Shown piece after piece: positions 8,930-15,683 of a DNA stretch of 15,683 bases. The stretch's first letter is position 1. Each line of letters begins with the position of its first letter. The translations under genes and the position numbers were made by a program. The notes beneath the pieces were generated by a model, which saw only the letters and a program-made list of their open reading frames with translations, ran no database searches and had not been told where the DNA came from. The stretch covers positions 1 through 15,683 of the forward strand of contig CAXGWI010000083.1 of assembly GCA_964013405.1 (NCBI GenBank), given 5' to 3'. This DNA is from an uncultured Myxococcales bacterium. GTDB taxonomy: Bacteria; Myxococcota; UBA4151.

Positions 8930-10419
8930 CTGCGGACGGTCAAACCTTGGTTTGGGGCCTTGTCGGTCTCGCCATCCTGCTGGGGCTCGGCTGGTCGATC
9001 TGGTCGACCCTACGGGCCCGCCGCCGTGATGACGGTGGTGAAGGCTGGCGGTACAATCTCGACACGGCCTACGATGCGAAGGCGGAGGCGAAGCGGGCTG
9101 CTGAGCAGACGGCACCGGCTTCCGAGGCGGCCGAGGCAGCCGACGATCCGGCGCAGGTCGACGTCGAACCGGAGGCGGTACCGGCTGAAGAACCGGCGGC
9201 ACCAACTGAAGAACCGGCGATAGCGCCAGTTGAAGAAGCGGTGGCGGTGCCCGAGCCGGTTTCGGAATCGCCGGCCGCGACAGCAAGCGAGCCGGCACCG
9301 GCCGTGGACCCAGAGGCATTGGAGGCGGCCCGCCGTGAGCGCTTCGAGCAAGAAAAAGCCGCCCGGCGGGCAGAGAAAGCGGCGAAGCGTGAAGCCAGAG
9401 AAGAGGCGGCGGAGGCTGCGGCCGCACAGCGTCTCGATGACTTGGCCGAGGACCGCCAGCGTTTCGAGGCCGAACGCCGCCAGGCCTTTCGACTCGGCCT
9501 GACGAAGACCAGAGAAGGGCTCCTCGGCAAGCTCGGCGGGATTTTGGGTTTTGGCAGTCAGGTCACCGAAGAGACCTTTGCCGACCTAGAAGCGGTGCTC
9601 TTTACCTCTGACATCGGCGTTCGGACGGCCGACCGCTTGCTTTCCACACTCCGGCAGCAACACGCTTCGAAGGCGATGAAGGATCAGCGGGAATTGCTCA
9701 GCGCCCTGCGCCGAGAGATCGAATCCATCCTCGATCTCGACCAAGAACCTTTGTTCGCCGGGGGCGAGGCCGGTGCCCCCAGAGTCATCATGGTGGTGGG
9801 CGTTAATGGTGTAGGCAAAACCACGACCATCGGCAAACTCGCCCACCGAGCCATCGCCGAAGGACATCAGGTCTTGGTGGGTGCCGGTGATACCTTCCGA
9901 GCTGCAGCGGTCGAACAGCTTGAGGTCTGGGGTGAGCGAAGTGGCGCAACCGTCGTCAGCGGCAAGTCTCAGGCCGATCCGAGTTCGGTCCTGTTCTCTG
10001 CGGTCCAAAAGGGCCTAGAGCAAGGGGCCAGCGTGATCATCTGCGATACGGCCGGGCGCCTTCATACCCGCGCCGAGCTGATGGAAGAATTGAAGAAGAT
10101 GCACCGGGTGATGGGTAAAGCGCTACCTGGTGCGCCCCACGAAGTGCTTTTGGTCCTCGACGCCACGGTCGGGCAAAATGCCATCGCTCAGGCCCGTAGC
10201 TTTAAGGATGCGGTGGAGGTCACCGGCATCGCCCTGACCAAGTTGGATGGGACCGCACGCGGCGGCGTGATCGCCGGTATTTGTGACGAGATGGGGGTGG
10301 CCGTTCGCTTTATCGGGGTTGGTGAAGCCCTGGAAGATCTTCGAGTCTTCGATGCGGAGGCCTTCGTTGATGCCCTTTTTGCCGATGCTGAGCAGATGGT
10401 GCTTGGCGGCGGCGACTAA
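8926..10419 (+). CDS. ftsY: Signal recognition particle receptor FtsY with N-terminal transmembrane helix and acidic linker
   Basis: Motifs [68 protein letters not shown]. Confidence 0.96.
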   Translation: MTADGQTLVWGLVGLAILLGLGWSIWSTLRARRRDDGGEGWRYNLDTAYDAKAEAKRAAEQTAPASEAAEAADDPAQVDVEPEAVPAEEPAAPTEEPAIAPVEEAVAVPEPVSESPAATASEPAPAVDPEALEAARRERFEQEKAARRAEKAAKREAREEAAEAAAAQRLDDLAEDRQRFEAERRQAFRLGLTKTREGLLGKLGGILGFGSQVTEETFADLEAVLFTSDIGVRTADRLLSTLRQQHASKAMKDQRELLSALRREIESILDLDQEPLFAGGEAGAPRVIMVVGVNGVGKTTTIGKLAHRAIAEGHQVLVGAGDTFRAAAVEQLEVWGERSGATVVSGKSQADPSSVLFSAVQKGLEQGASVIICDTAGRLHTRAELMEELKKMHRVMGKALPGAPHEVLLVLDATVGQNAIAQARSFKDAVEVTGIALTKLDGTARGGVIAGICDEMGVAVRFIGVGEALEDLRVFDAEAFVDALFADAEQMVLGGGD

Positions 10420-10445
10420 ACAGCGGCGTTTTTCAACCCAAGGCG

Positions 10446-10474
10446 TTGACCAAGGCTGCCACGACAATTACCGT
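10446..10474 (+). promoter_or_regulatory. Putative sigma70-type promoter for zapA-6S-ygfA-rny
   Basis: TTGACC (10446-10451), 17-nt spacer, TACCGT (10469-10474), then purine-rich GAGGGG before ATG 10494. Confidence 0.6.
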
Positions 10475-10493
10475 GGGAGGTAGAGGGGGAGCG

Positions 10494-10817
10494 ATGAGCG
10501 AACGAGTGGAGGTCAGAATTGCCGATTGTCGGCTCCGGATTCAGCCCGGGACCCATTCGGTGGAGATGCTCCATGAGGCCGCCCGCAAAGCGGATCTCTC
10601 CCTCGATCGGGTCATGGGCCGGCGGTCCGGTGATTCTAGGTTGACCTTGCGGCATTTGGAGCCGCGGAAAATGGTTCAGGCGCTTTTTACGCTGAGCCTG
10701 ACCTTGGAAAACCTACGCACCGATCTGAAGGGCATGACCCAAGAGTTGGCAGCCGAGGTGGAAGCACTTCGGCGAGAGATTGATGAACTTAGGTCCAAGT
10801 CTGGAGGGAAATCCTGA
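10494..10817 (+). CDS. zapA: Divergent cell division protein ZapA-like
   Basis: 107 aa. The N-terminal VEVRIADCRLRI matches the ZapA V-x-V-x-I-x-G-x-x-Y-x-I pattern, followed by helices and a C-terminal coiled coil. Canonical position directly upstream of 6S RNA and ygfA. Confidence 0.65.
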   Translation: MSERVEVRIADCRLRIQPGTHSVEMLHEAARKADLSLDRVMGRRSGDSRLTLRHLEPRKMVQALFTLSLTLENLRTDLKGMTQELAAEVEALRREIDELRSKSGGKS

Positions 10818-10996
10818 GTCCCGCCGTTCTCGCTCGAGAAACAGCGCCGACCGCAGGTAGATCAGGGGAGCCGGTTTGAAAGTCGTGGAACGAAGGCACG
10901 GATGAAACTGCCGAGCGTACGCTAGAAGCGACTCCTTCGGCGCCCACCTAGGCAAGCGGGTCTAGGTCGTGTTGAGAGCGAGGCGGCAACTCAGGG
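10812..10996 (+). ncRNA. ssrS: 6S RNA
   Basis: 185-nt long irregular hairpin: TCCTGAGT/ACTCAGGG, CCGCC/GGCGG, CTCGCTC/GAGCGAG, CAGCG-CGACC/GGTCG-TGTTG, a central weakly paired region, GGG-GCCGG/TCGGC-CCC, AGTCGT/GCGACT. Carries GGGAGCC and CCCACCT elements and the classic zapA-ssrS-ygfA synteny. Confidence 0.88.
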
Positions 10997-11017
10997 CCTC
11001 TCCAGTTGGATCTCTCG

Positions 11018-11587
11018 ATGGACACCGAGGTGTTCGAAGAGAGCGCGATGCGCGAGGAAAAACAGCGCCTTCGGCGGGCCCAACGGGACCGCCGCAATGG
11101 GCATCACAGGGAGTACTGGCTTCGTGTTGGTCGGGCGATCACCGGCCGCGTTGCGCGTTTTTTGCTTGGCCGCCCCAGACTGATGGTCGGTGTGTACAAT
11201 GCCTTGCCCGATGAGCCTGTGATCGCGCCCTTACCCCATGCGACCGCGTTTCCCAGAGTTGAGGGCCGGGAGATCCACTTTCATGAATGTCACCAGGATC
11301 GACTTCGGCCTGGCGCGTTTGGAATTGAAGAACCTCCTATTGGAGCCCCCATCGTCCACCCCGATGTGATCCTTGTACCGGGGCTCGCGTTTGCCGAGGA
11401 TGGCAGTCGCCTTGGGCGAGGGCAGGGGTTCTATGATCGATATTTGGCGACCCACGAGACCCTGAGCATTGGGGTTGTCGACGAGGCGGGGCTTCTTGCA
11501 AGCGTTCCGCGGGAAGCCCATGACGCTCGGATGGATGTGATCGTCACCCAGGACCGAGTGTTGGACAGAAAGGATACAGGAATATGA
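11018..11587 (+). CDS. ygfA: 5-formyltetrahydrofolate cyclo-ligase
   Basis: Motifs EKQRLRR, YNALPDEP, FPRV, GAFGIEEP, DVILVPGLAF..GSRLGRGQGFYDRYL, VPREAHDARMDVIVT. Alternative start ATG 11048. Confidence 0.92.
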   Translation: MDTEVFEESAMREEKQRLRRAQRDRRNGHHREYWLRVGRAITGRVARFLLGRPRLMVGVYNALPDEPVIAPLPHATAFPRVEGREIHFHECHQDRLRPGAFGIEEPPIGAPIVHPDVILVPGLAFAEDGSRLGRGQGFYDRYLATHETLSIGVVDEAGLLASVPREAHDARMDVIVTQDRVLDRKDTGI

Positions 11588-13125
11588 GTCCAATTGTGAC
11601 GGGCTTGTTGGGCCTTATACCGGGCCTCATTTTAGGTTGGTTGTTTGTCAAAAAACGGTCCCAGGCCGAAGCAGAGAAGACGGCGCAAGAGCACCAACAG
11701 AACATCGAACAACTTGAGGCGGACCAGGCCGAGCGTCTCGAGGCGCTTCGAGAAGAAATCAAGAGCGAGCAGGATACGGAAGAAGAGGCGCTCAAGGGGC
11801 AGATCGCCGAGGTGAAGGAGCGGGCCTCGGCCCTCGCGGAAGAGGAGAAGTCCCTAAAGGCTGCGCGCCAAAAACTGAATTCTGAGTTGGGTCGCGTGCA
11901 GTCGCAAACGGAGTCCATGACCAGGAAAGAGGACCAGTTGCAGCGCCAAATCGAGTCGATGGAAGCTCGAGAGGGGGAGCTCGAAACGGCGCTGGAGCGA
12001 GTGGCTGGTCTCACCCGGGATGAAGCCCTTAAGCAACTCGAAGAAGAACTGCGCGACCGGGCCCACGAGCGGGCAGCGGCCGAACTGCGGCGGATTCAGC
12101 AGCAAGGTCAGGAGGAGTTGCGGGAGGCTTCAGCAGCGCTCCTGGCGAAGGCTGTCTTTCGCTATGGCGGCGAGGTGATTCAAGAGATCACGACCACCGC
12201 TGTTCACCTCCCGTCCGACGACCTCAAAGGGCGGATCATCGGTCGCGAAGGGCGCAATATTCAAAGCTTTGAAGAAGCCACCGGAGTCGATGTGATCATC
12301 GACGATACGCCGGGAATCATTACGCTCTCGAGCTTTAGTCCATTACGGCGACTGATCGCCCACGAGGCCATGACACGATTGCTCCGTGATGGGCGGATTC
12401 ACCCCACTCGAATCGAGGAGTCGGTGGCGAAAGTCCGTAAGGCGGTGGACCGATCACTGCGCCAGAAGGGTGAAGAAGCCGCAGCCGAAGTCGGCGTTCA
12501 GGGGCTCGACGGGGCTGTCTTGGATTTGTTGGGTAAGCTCTCGATCCACCAGGTGAATGGTCAAAACCAGTTACATATGGCTCTCTCTGCAGCCCGATTG
12601 GCCGAGCGTCTGGCCGCCGAGTTGGACCTTAACCCGAAGCCCTGCCGCCGAGCCGCCCTGCTCAGTTTGATCGGCTGTGCTGCCGATCACCAGATGGAGG
12701 GATCAACAGCGGACATCACGGTGGCGCTAGCTCGTCGTCATGGCGAGTCGAAGAAGGTCCTTGCGGCACTCGAGGATCTCACCACTGAGAGCGGACCCAG
12801 AAGTACGACGGGGATCGTGGTCCAACTGGCCACAAAGTTGGCTGCCAGTCGCCCGGGCGTCCAGAGCGAGCAGCTGGCCGAAAGCATCGAACGGCTCGAG
12901 GCCTTGGAGCAAATGGCTTTGGAGGAAGAAGGCGTTCGACAGGCCCACGTCCTTCAAGCCGGTACCGAGATTCGCGTACTCGTCGACCCAGCGGAGGTCA
13001 GCGAGGGCAAGCTGATGGCTTTGGCCCAGCGTCTGGTGCGGAAAATCGAAGACCGGGCCGATCGCCTCGGTGAGGTTCAAGTCCACGTTGTTCGGGAGAC
13101 CCGGGTCACCGAGACGGCGATGTAG
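11584..13125 (+). CDS. rny: Ribonuclease Y homolog with a degenerate, probably inactive HD domain
   Basis: N-terminal TM helix, long coiled coil, LERVAGLTRDEA, KH domain LPSDDLKGRIIGREGRNIQSFEEATGVDVIIDDTP, DGRIHPTRIEE, C-terminal QAGTEIRVLV and VVRETR. The HD motif reads LLSLIG instead of LLHDIG. Confidence 0.9.
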   Translation: MSPIVTGLLGLIPGLILGWLFVKKRSQAEAEKTAQEHQQNIEQLEADQAERLEALREEIKSEQDTEEEALKGQIAEVKERASALAEEEKSLKAARQKLNSELGRVQSQTESMTRKEDQLQRQIESMEAREGELETALERVAGLTRDEALKQLEEELRDRAHERAAAELRRIQQQGQEELREASAALLAKAVFRYGGEVIQEITTTAVHLPSDDLKGRIIGREGRNIQSFEEATGVDVIIDDTPGIITLSSFSPLRRLIAHEAMTRLLRDGRIHPTRIEESVAKVRKAVDRSLRQKGEEAAAEVGVQGLDGAVLDLLGKLSIHQVNGQNQLHMALSAARLAERLAAELDLNPKPCRRAALLSLIGCAADHQMEGSTADITVALARRHGESKKVLAALEDLTTESGPRSTTGIVVQLATKLAASRPGVQSEQLAESIERLEALEQMALEEEGVRQAHVLQAGTEIRVLVDPAEVSEGKLMALAQRLVRKIEDRADRLGEVQVHVVRETRVTETAM

Positions 13126-13624
13126 TTCCGGATTCGGTGGATTTGAGGTCGAGTTTGTCGAGCCCCATCGCCTCAGGGCGTTCCCGTTCGTCGATCAGCT
13201 TGAGTTGATCCGTTTGACGGGCGATGATCTCGCTCAAGTCGAAGTAAAGGCGGCCCTGCCAAGATTCGCCACAGCGAACGATCAACTTGTCATGCCAGCC
13301 ATGCTGGGTGTCGAGTCCAGCGCTCTCAAAGGAGAGGCCGAGGGCGCAGGGCGGTGTTTCTACGAAGGAGCGAACGAAGGCTCGTTCCGCAGCCGCGGCC
13401 GGGCCACTTTGAACGAGGATCGCGTTGGCATGGGTATCGCCTGCATTGGCCTTGAGCCAAAAGCCATCTTTGGTTCGGACGCGCTGCCCATCACCGGCTT
13501 TCACGATGAGCTGGGCCCATTGGGGACCGGTGTCCTTGACGGCTTGGACTGGGGGCGGGGGCGATTCGGGGGCTTGGGTCTGACAAGCGAGGACGAAAAG
13601 ACTGGGGAGGACCAGAACTCTCAT
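13106..13624 (-). CDS. Hypothetical lipoprotein
   Basis: Signal peptide with lipobox [14 protein letters not shown], Pro-rich linker, globular domain with two Cys. ATGA coupling to tyrS; overlaps the rny 3' end by 20 nt. Confidence 0.7.
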   Translation of the reverse strand: MRVLVLPSLFVLACQTQAPESPPPPVQAVKDTGPQWAQLIVKAGDGQRVRTKDGFWLKANAGDTHANAILVQSGPAAAAERAFVRSFVETPPCALGLSFESAGLDTQHGWHDKLIVRCGESWQGRLYFDLSEIIARQTDQLKLIDERERPEAMGLDKLDLKSTESGTTSPSR

Positions 13625-14856
13625 TGGACGCGAATCTGAGTGAAGCTGCGTTTGCCTGCTCTAAGAACATAGTCGCCCGGCGGTACCTCTGCCAACGGGC
13701 TGGTCACCTTGTCTCCATCCAACTTCACCGCACCTCCGTCGATGAGACGTCGAGCGGCTCCTCTACTCTGGGCTTGTTTGGTCGCCACGAGGCAATCCAC
13801 GATCGAGACGGGAGCCTCCAGGTCGAAGGATTCTAACTGATCGGGTACAGCATCTCGGTTGTGACTGATTCGATCGAATTCTTGGCGTTCTCGGGCACCG
13901 GCTTCCGGGCCACAATAGCGGGAGGTCAACTCCTCGGCCAAGTCCGCTTTCGCAGCCCTCGGGTGCAACTGCCCCGCCGCAACAGCGGATTTTTTCTCAG
14001 CGATCGAATCCAAGCTGAGGTCGCTAAGTAGCTCGTAGTACCGCCACATCAGAGGGTCGCAAATACGCATGAGCTTGCCGAAGATATCCCGAGCGGGTTC
14101 ATCGATGCCGATGGCATTGCCCAGGGATTTGCTCATCTTGGCGCCGACGATCTCACCGTTTTCTTCTCTGGCATCGATTCCTTCAAGAAGGGGGTTCGTC
14201 ATGACCACCTGGGGCCGGAGCGCAGCGCCGGCCTGGTGATCCTGGCGCATGAGTGTTCGGCCGAGCAGGAGATTGAAGAGTTGGTCGTCGCCTCCCAGTT
14301 CCACATCGGCTTCCAGGGCGATCGAATCGTAGGCTTGAACCAGAGGGTAGAGGAATTCATGGATACTGATCGAGATGCCTTCAGCATGACGCTTGGCGAA
14401 GTCATCTCGCTCCAACATGCGGGCCATTGGATATCGGGAGGCAAGTCGGATGAGGTCCGCGGCGGTCATGGGTGAGAACCATTCCCCATTAAAGCGAACT
14501 TCGGTTTTTGCAGGGTCGAGAATTTTGAAGACCTGCTTTTCATAGGTCTTCGCATTGTCTCGAATCTCCTCTTCGCTCAGGGGGGGGCGGGTCTTTGAAC
14601 GGCCTGATGGGTCGCCGATCCGGGCCGTGAAATCCCCGATCAGAAAGATGGCCTGGTGCCCGTGATCTTGGAACCGCTTCATTCGCTGCAGCAGCACGGT
14701 GTGACCCAGGTGGAGATCGGGGGCGGTGGGGTCAAACCCCGCTTTGACCCGCAAGGGGCGGCCCTCTTGCAGCCGAGCCTTTAGCTCCTCCGGGCTATGG
14801 AAACTGACACAACCTCGGGAGAGCTCGGCGACTTGGGTTTCTAGGTCCAGGGACAT
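13621..14856 (-). CDS. tyrS: Tyrosine--tRNA ligase
   Basis: Motifs [13 protein letters not shown] (HIGH), [40 protein letters not shown]-terminal S4 domain. GGAGG RBS upstream. Confidence 0.97.
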   Translation of the reverse strand: MSLDLETQVAELSRGCVSFHSPEELKARLQEGRPLRVKAGFDPTAPDLHLGHTVLLQRMKRFQDHGHQAIFLIGDFTARIGDPSGRSKTRPPLSEEEIRDNAKTYEKQVFKILDPAKTEVRFNGEWFSPMTAADLIRLASRYPMARMLERDDFAKRHAEGISISIHEFLYPLVQAYDSIALEADVELGGDDQLFNLLLGRTLMRQDHQAGAALRPQVVMTNPLLEGIDAREENGEIVGAKMSKSLGNAIGIDEPARDIFGKLMRICDPLMWRYYELLSDLSLDSIAEKKSAVAAGQLHPRAAKADLAEELTSRYCGPEAGARERQEFDRISHNRDAVPDQLESFDLEAPVSIVDCLVATKQAQSRGAARRLIDGGAVKLDGDKVTSPLAEVPPGDYVLRAGKRSFTQIRVQ

Positions 14857-14917
14857 GGCAGCCTCCAGCGGTGCGGCCTTTGCCCGGTGGGCGCGACGAG
14901 ATCAAGGGCTCTGGATC

Positions 14918-15683
14918 TCATGGGCAGCGCTCCCCTTTCTTTGCCTTCGCCATATCGAAGGGGGGGAACTTCATGTTGCTGCCGCTGACCTTGACCGTGT
15001 CTTTAAGCGCGAGTCCTGAGGCTTCATTATGGATGCAGATCTTGAGGGAACCGGCGGGGACCTTCGCTCCTTTCACCGGCGCCATACCGACAGCCCGGCC
15101 GTTGAGGTAGACCATCCCCCAATCGAAGTGACGGTTCCGTTGTTTGACGTCGATTTGGACTGAAACCAGCGCTGCGGGGCCTGCCTTGGGGGCCGAGCGT
15201 GTTCGGGGCGGCGATGAGTCGGCGGTTCGGGGGCGCTTCGGTTGCGCGATGGGCTGGGGCCTCTCCTTAGGGGGCTTCTCAGCAATTTTAGGCACCGCTT
15301 CGACAGGTTCTTCCTCGTTGCGGATCGTGATCGGTTCGGGGGCTTTGCCCGGCGCCTGGACCACAGTCTCAGCGGGCGGCGGCTGTGTTTCAACCTCTGG
15401 GGCGACGGGGTCTCTAATGACGTTTGTTGCGAGGGCGAGGACCACCACGAGACCGGCGACTAAGGCGCCCCAGAGGAGGGCTGGATTCTTTGCGCGCTCA
15501 TGGCTCGTCACCTCTGTGCCGGGCACTTCCATCTCCGCTCGACTTGCCGGTCGTCGGCTTGCGGAGCGCATACGAGCCGCCTGTGTCGAGCTCTGGGAAC
15601 TGAGCCGGGTCAACTCCTCCTGGAGTGGCTCGGCCCCAACCAGGTCATCGACGGAAGGAAGCTGGGGCAGGACAACGGAGGAC
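14918..15683 (-). CDS. Probably 5'-truncated membrane protein: TM helix, Pro-rich linker and C-terminal PEGA-like domain (architecture of myxobacterial Ser/Thr kinase tails)
   Basis: The frame is open to the window edge upstream of TTG 15613. TM segment ALLWGALVAGLVVVLALA, Pro/Glu/Lys-rich linker, and WGMVYLNGRAVGMAPV...VPAGSLKI matching the PEGA pattern. No kinase domain is visible in the window. Confidence 0.6.
   Translation of the reverse strand, partial: SSVVLPQLPSVDDLVGAEPLQEELTRLSSQSSTQAARMRSASRRPASRAEMEVPGTEVTSHERAKNPALLWGALVAGLVVVLALATNVIRDPVAPEVETQPPPAETVVQAPGKAPEPITIRNEEEPVEAVPKIAEKPPKERPQPIAQPKRPRTADSSPPRTRSAPKAGPAALVSVQIDVKQRNRHFDWGMVYLNGRAVGMAPVKGAKVPAGSLKICIHNEASGLALKDTVKVSGSNMKFPPFDMAKAKKGERCP

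Noticed and set aside
10418..10433. Intrinsic terminator after ftsY
   Set aside because: A T5 run is present, but the preceding stem (AAAC/GTTT) is too weak.
10713..11214. Small ORFs 10713..10955 (-) and 10969..11214 (+)
   Set aside because: They overlap the 6S RNA, zapA and ygfA, which explain the region better, and show no coding hallmarks.
11584..13125. Calling rny a pseudogene
   Set aside because: There are no stops or frameshifts, translational coupling is retained and the KH domain is near consensus. Changes concentrate in the catalytic domain.
13070..13639. Plus-strand 189-aa ORF after rny as a possible ymdB
   Set aside because: It lacks the metallophosphoesterase motifs (GDxxG, NxEN, GNH) and is the antisense shadow of the lipoprotein gene.
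14857..14917. T-box or attenuator upstream of tyrS
   Set aside because: The spacer is only 61 bp, with no T-box motif or terminator hairpin.
1..15683. CRISPR arrays, IS elements, prophage genes, tRNA/rRNA
   Set aside because: No regularly spaced DNA repeats, transposase or integrase motifs, or cloverleaf-like sequences were seen; nearly all sequence is accounted for by genes.

Overview
GC-rich bacterial chromosomal segment, most likely from a Myxococcota/deltaproteobacterial lineage (inferred from myxobacterial Cys-rich repeats, an RCC1 lipoprotein and the ftsY-zapA-6S-ygfA-rny neighbourhood). There are four blocks. (1) The 3' part of a degenerate FAD-oxidoreductase-like gene on +. (2) A tightly coupled minus-strand operon of about 7.3 kb: Cys-rich lipoprotein, Cys-repeat/RCC1 lipoprotein, polyprenyl synthase, ubiE/menG, menF, menD. 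(3) A plus-strand block: TPR protein and ftsY, then a sigma70-type promoter, zapA-like gene, 6S RNA, 5-formyl-THF cyclo-ligase and an RNase Y homolog. (4) A convergent minus-strand block: partial membrane/PEGA-like protein, tyrS and an orphan lipoprotein. The standout is the RNase Y homolog. It is full length, sits at the canonical locus and keeps its membrane anchor, coiled coil, KH domain and C-terminal domain, but every recognisable HD-domain metal ligand is substituted, which suggests an RNA-binding pseudo-nuclease. It appears co-transcribed with a 6S RNA whose closing stem contains the zapA stop codon, and the usual ymdB neighbour is absent. No mobile elements, CRISPR arrays, tRNA or rRNA were seen. 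All family calls come from motif recognition by eye, not from database searches.
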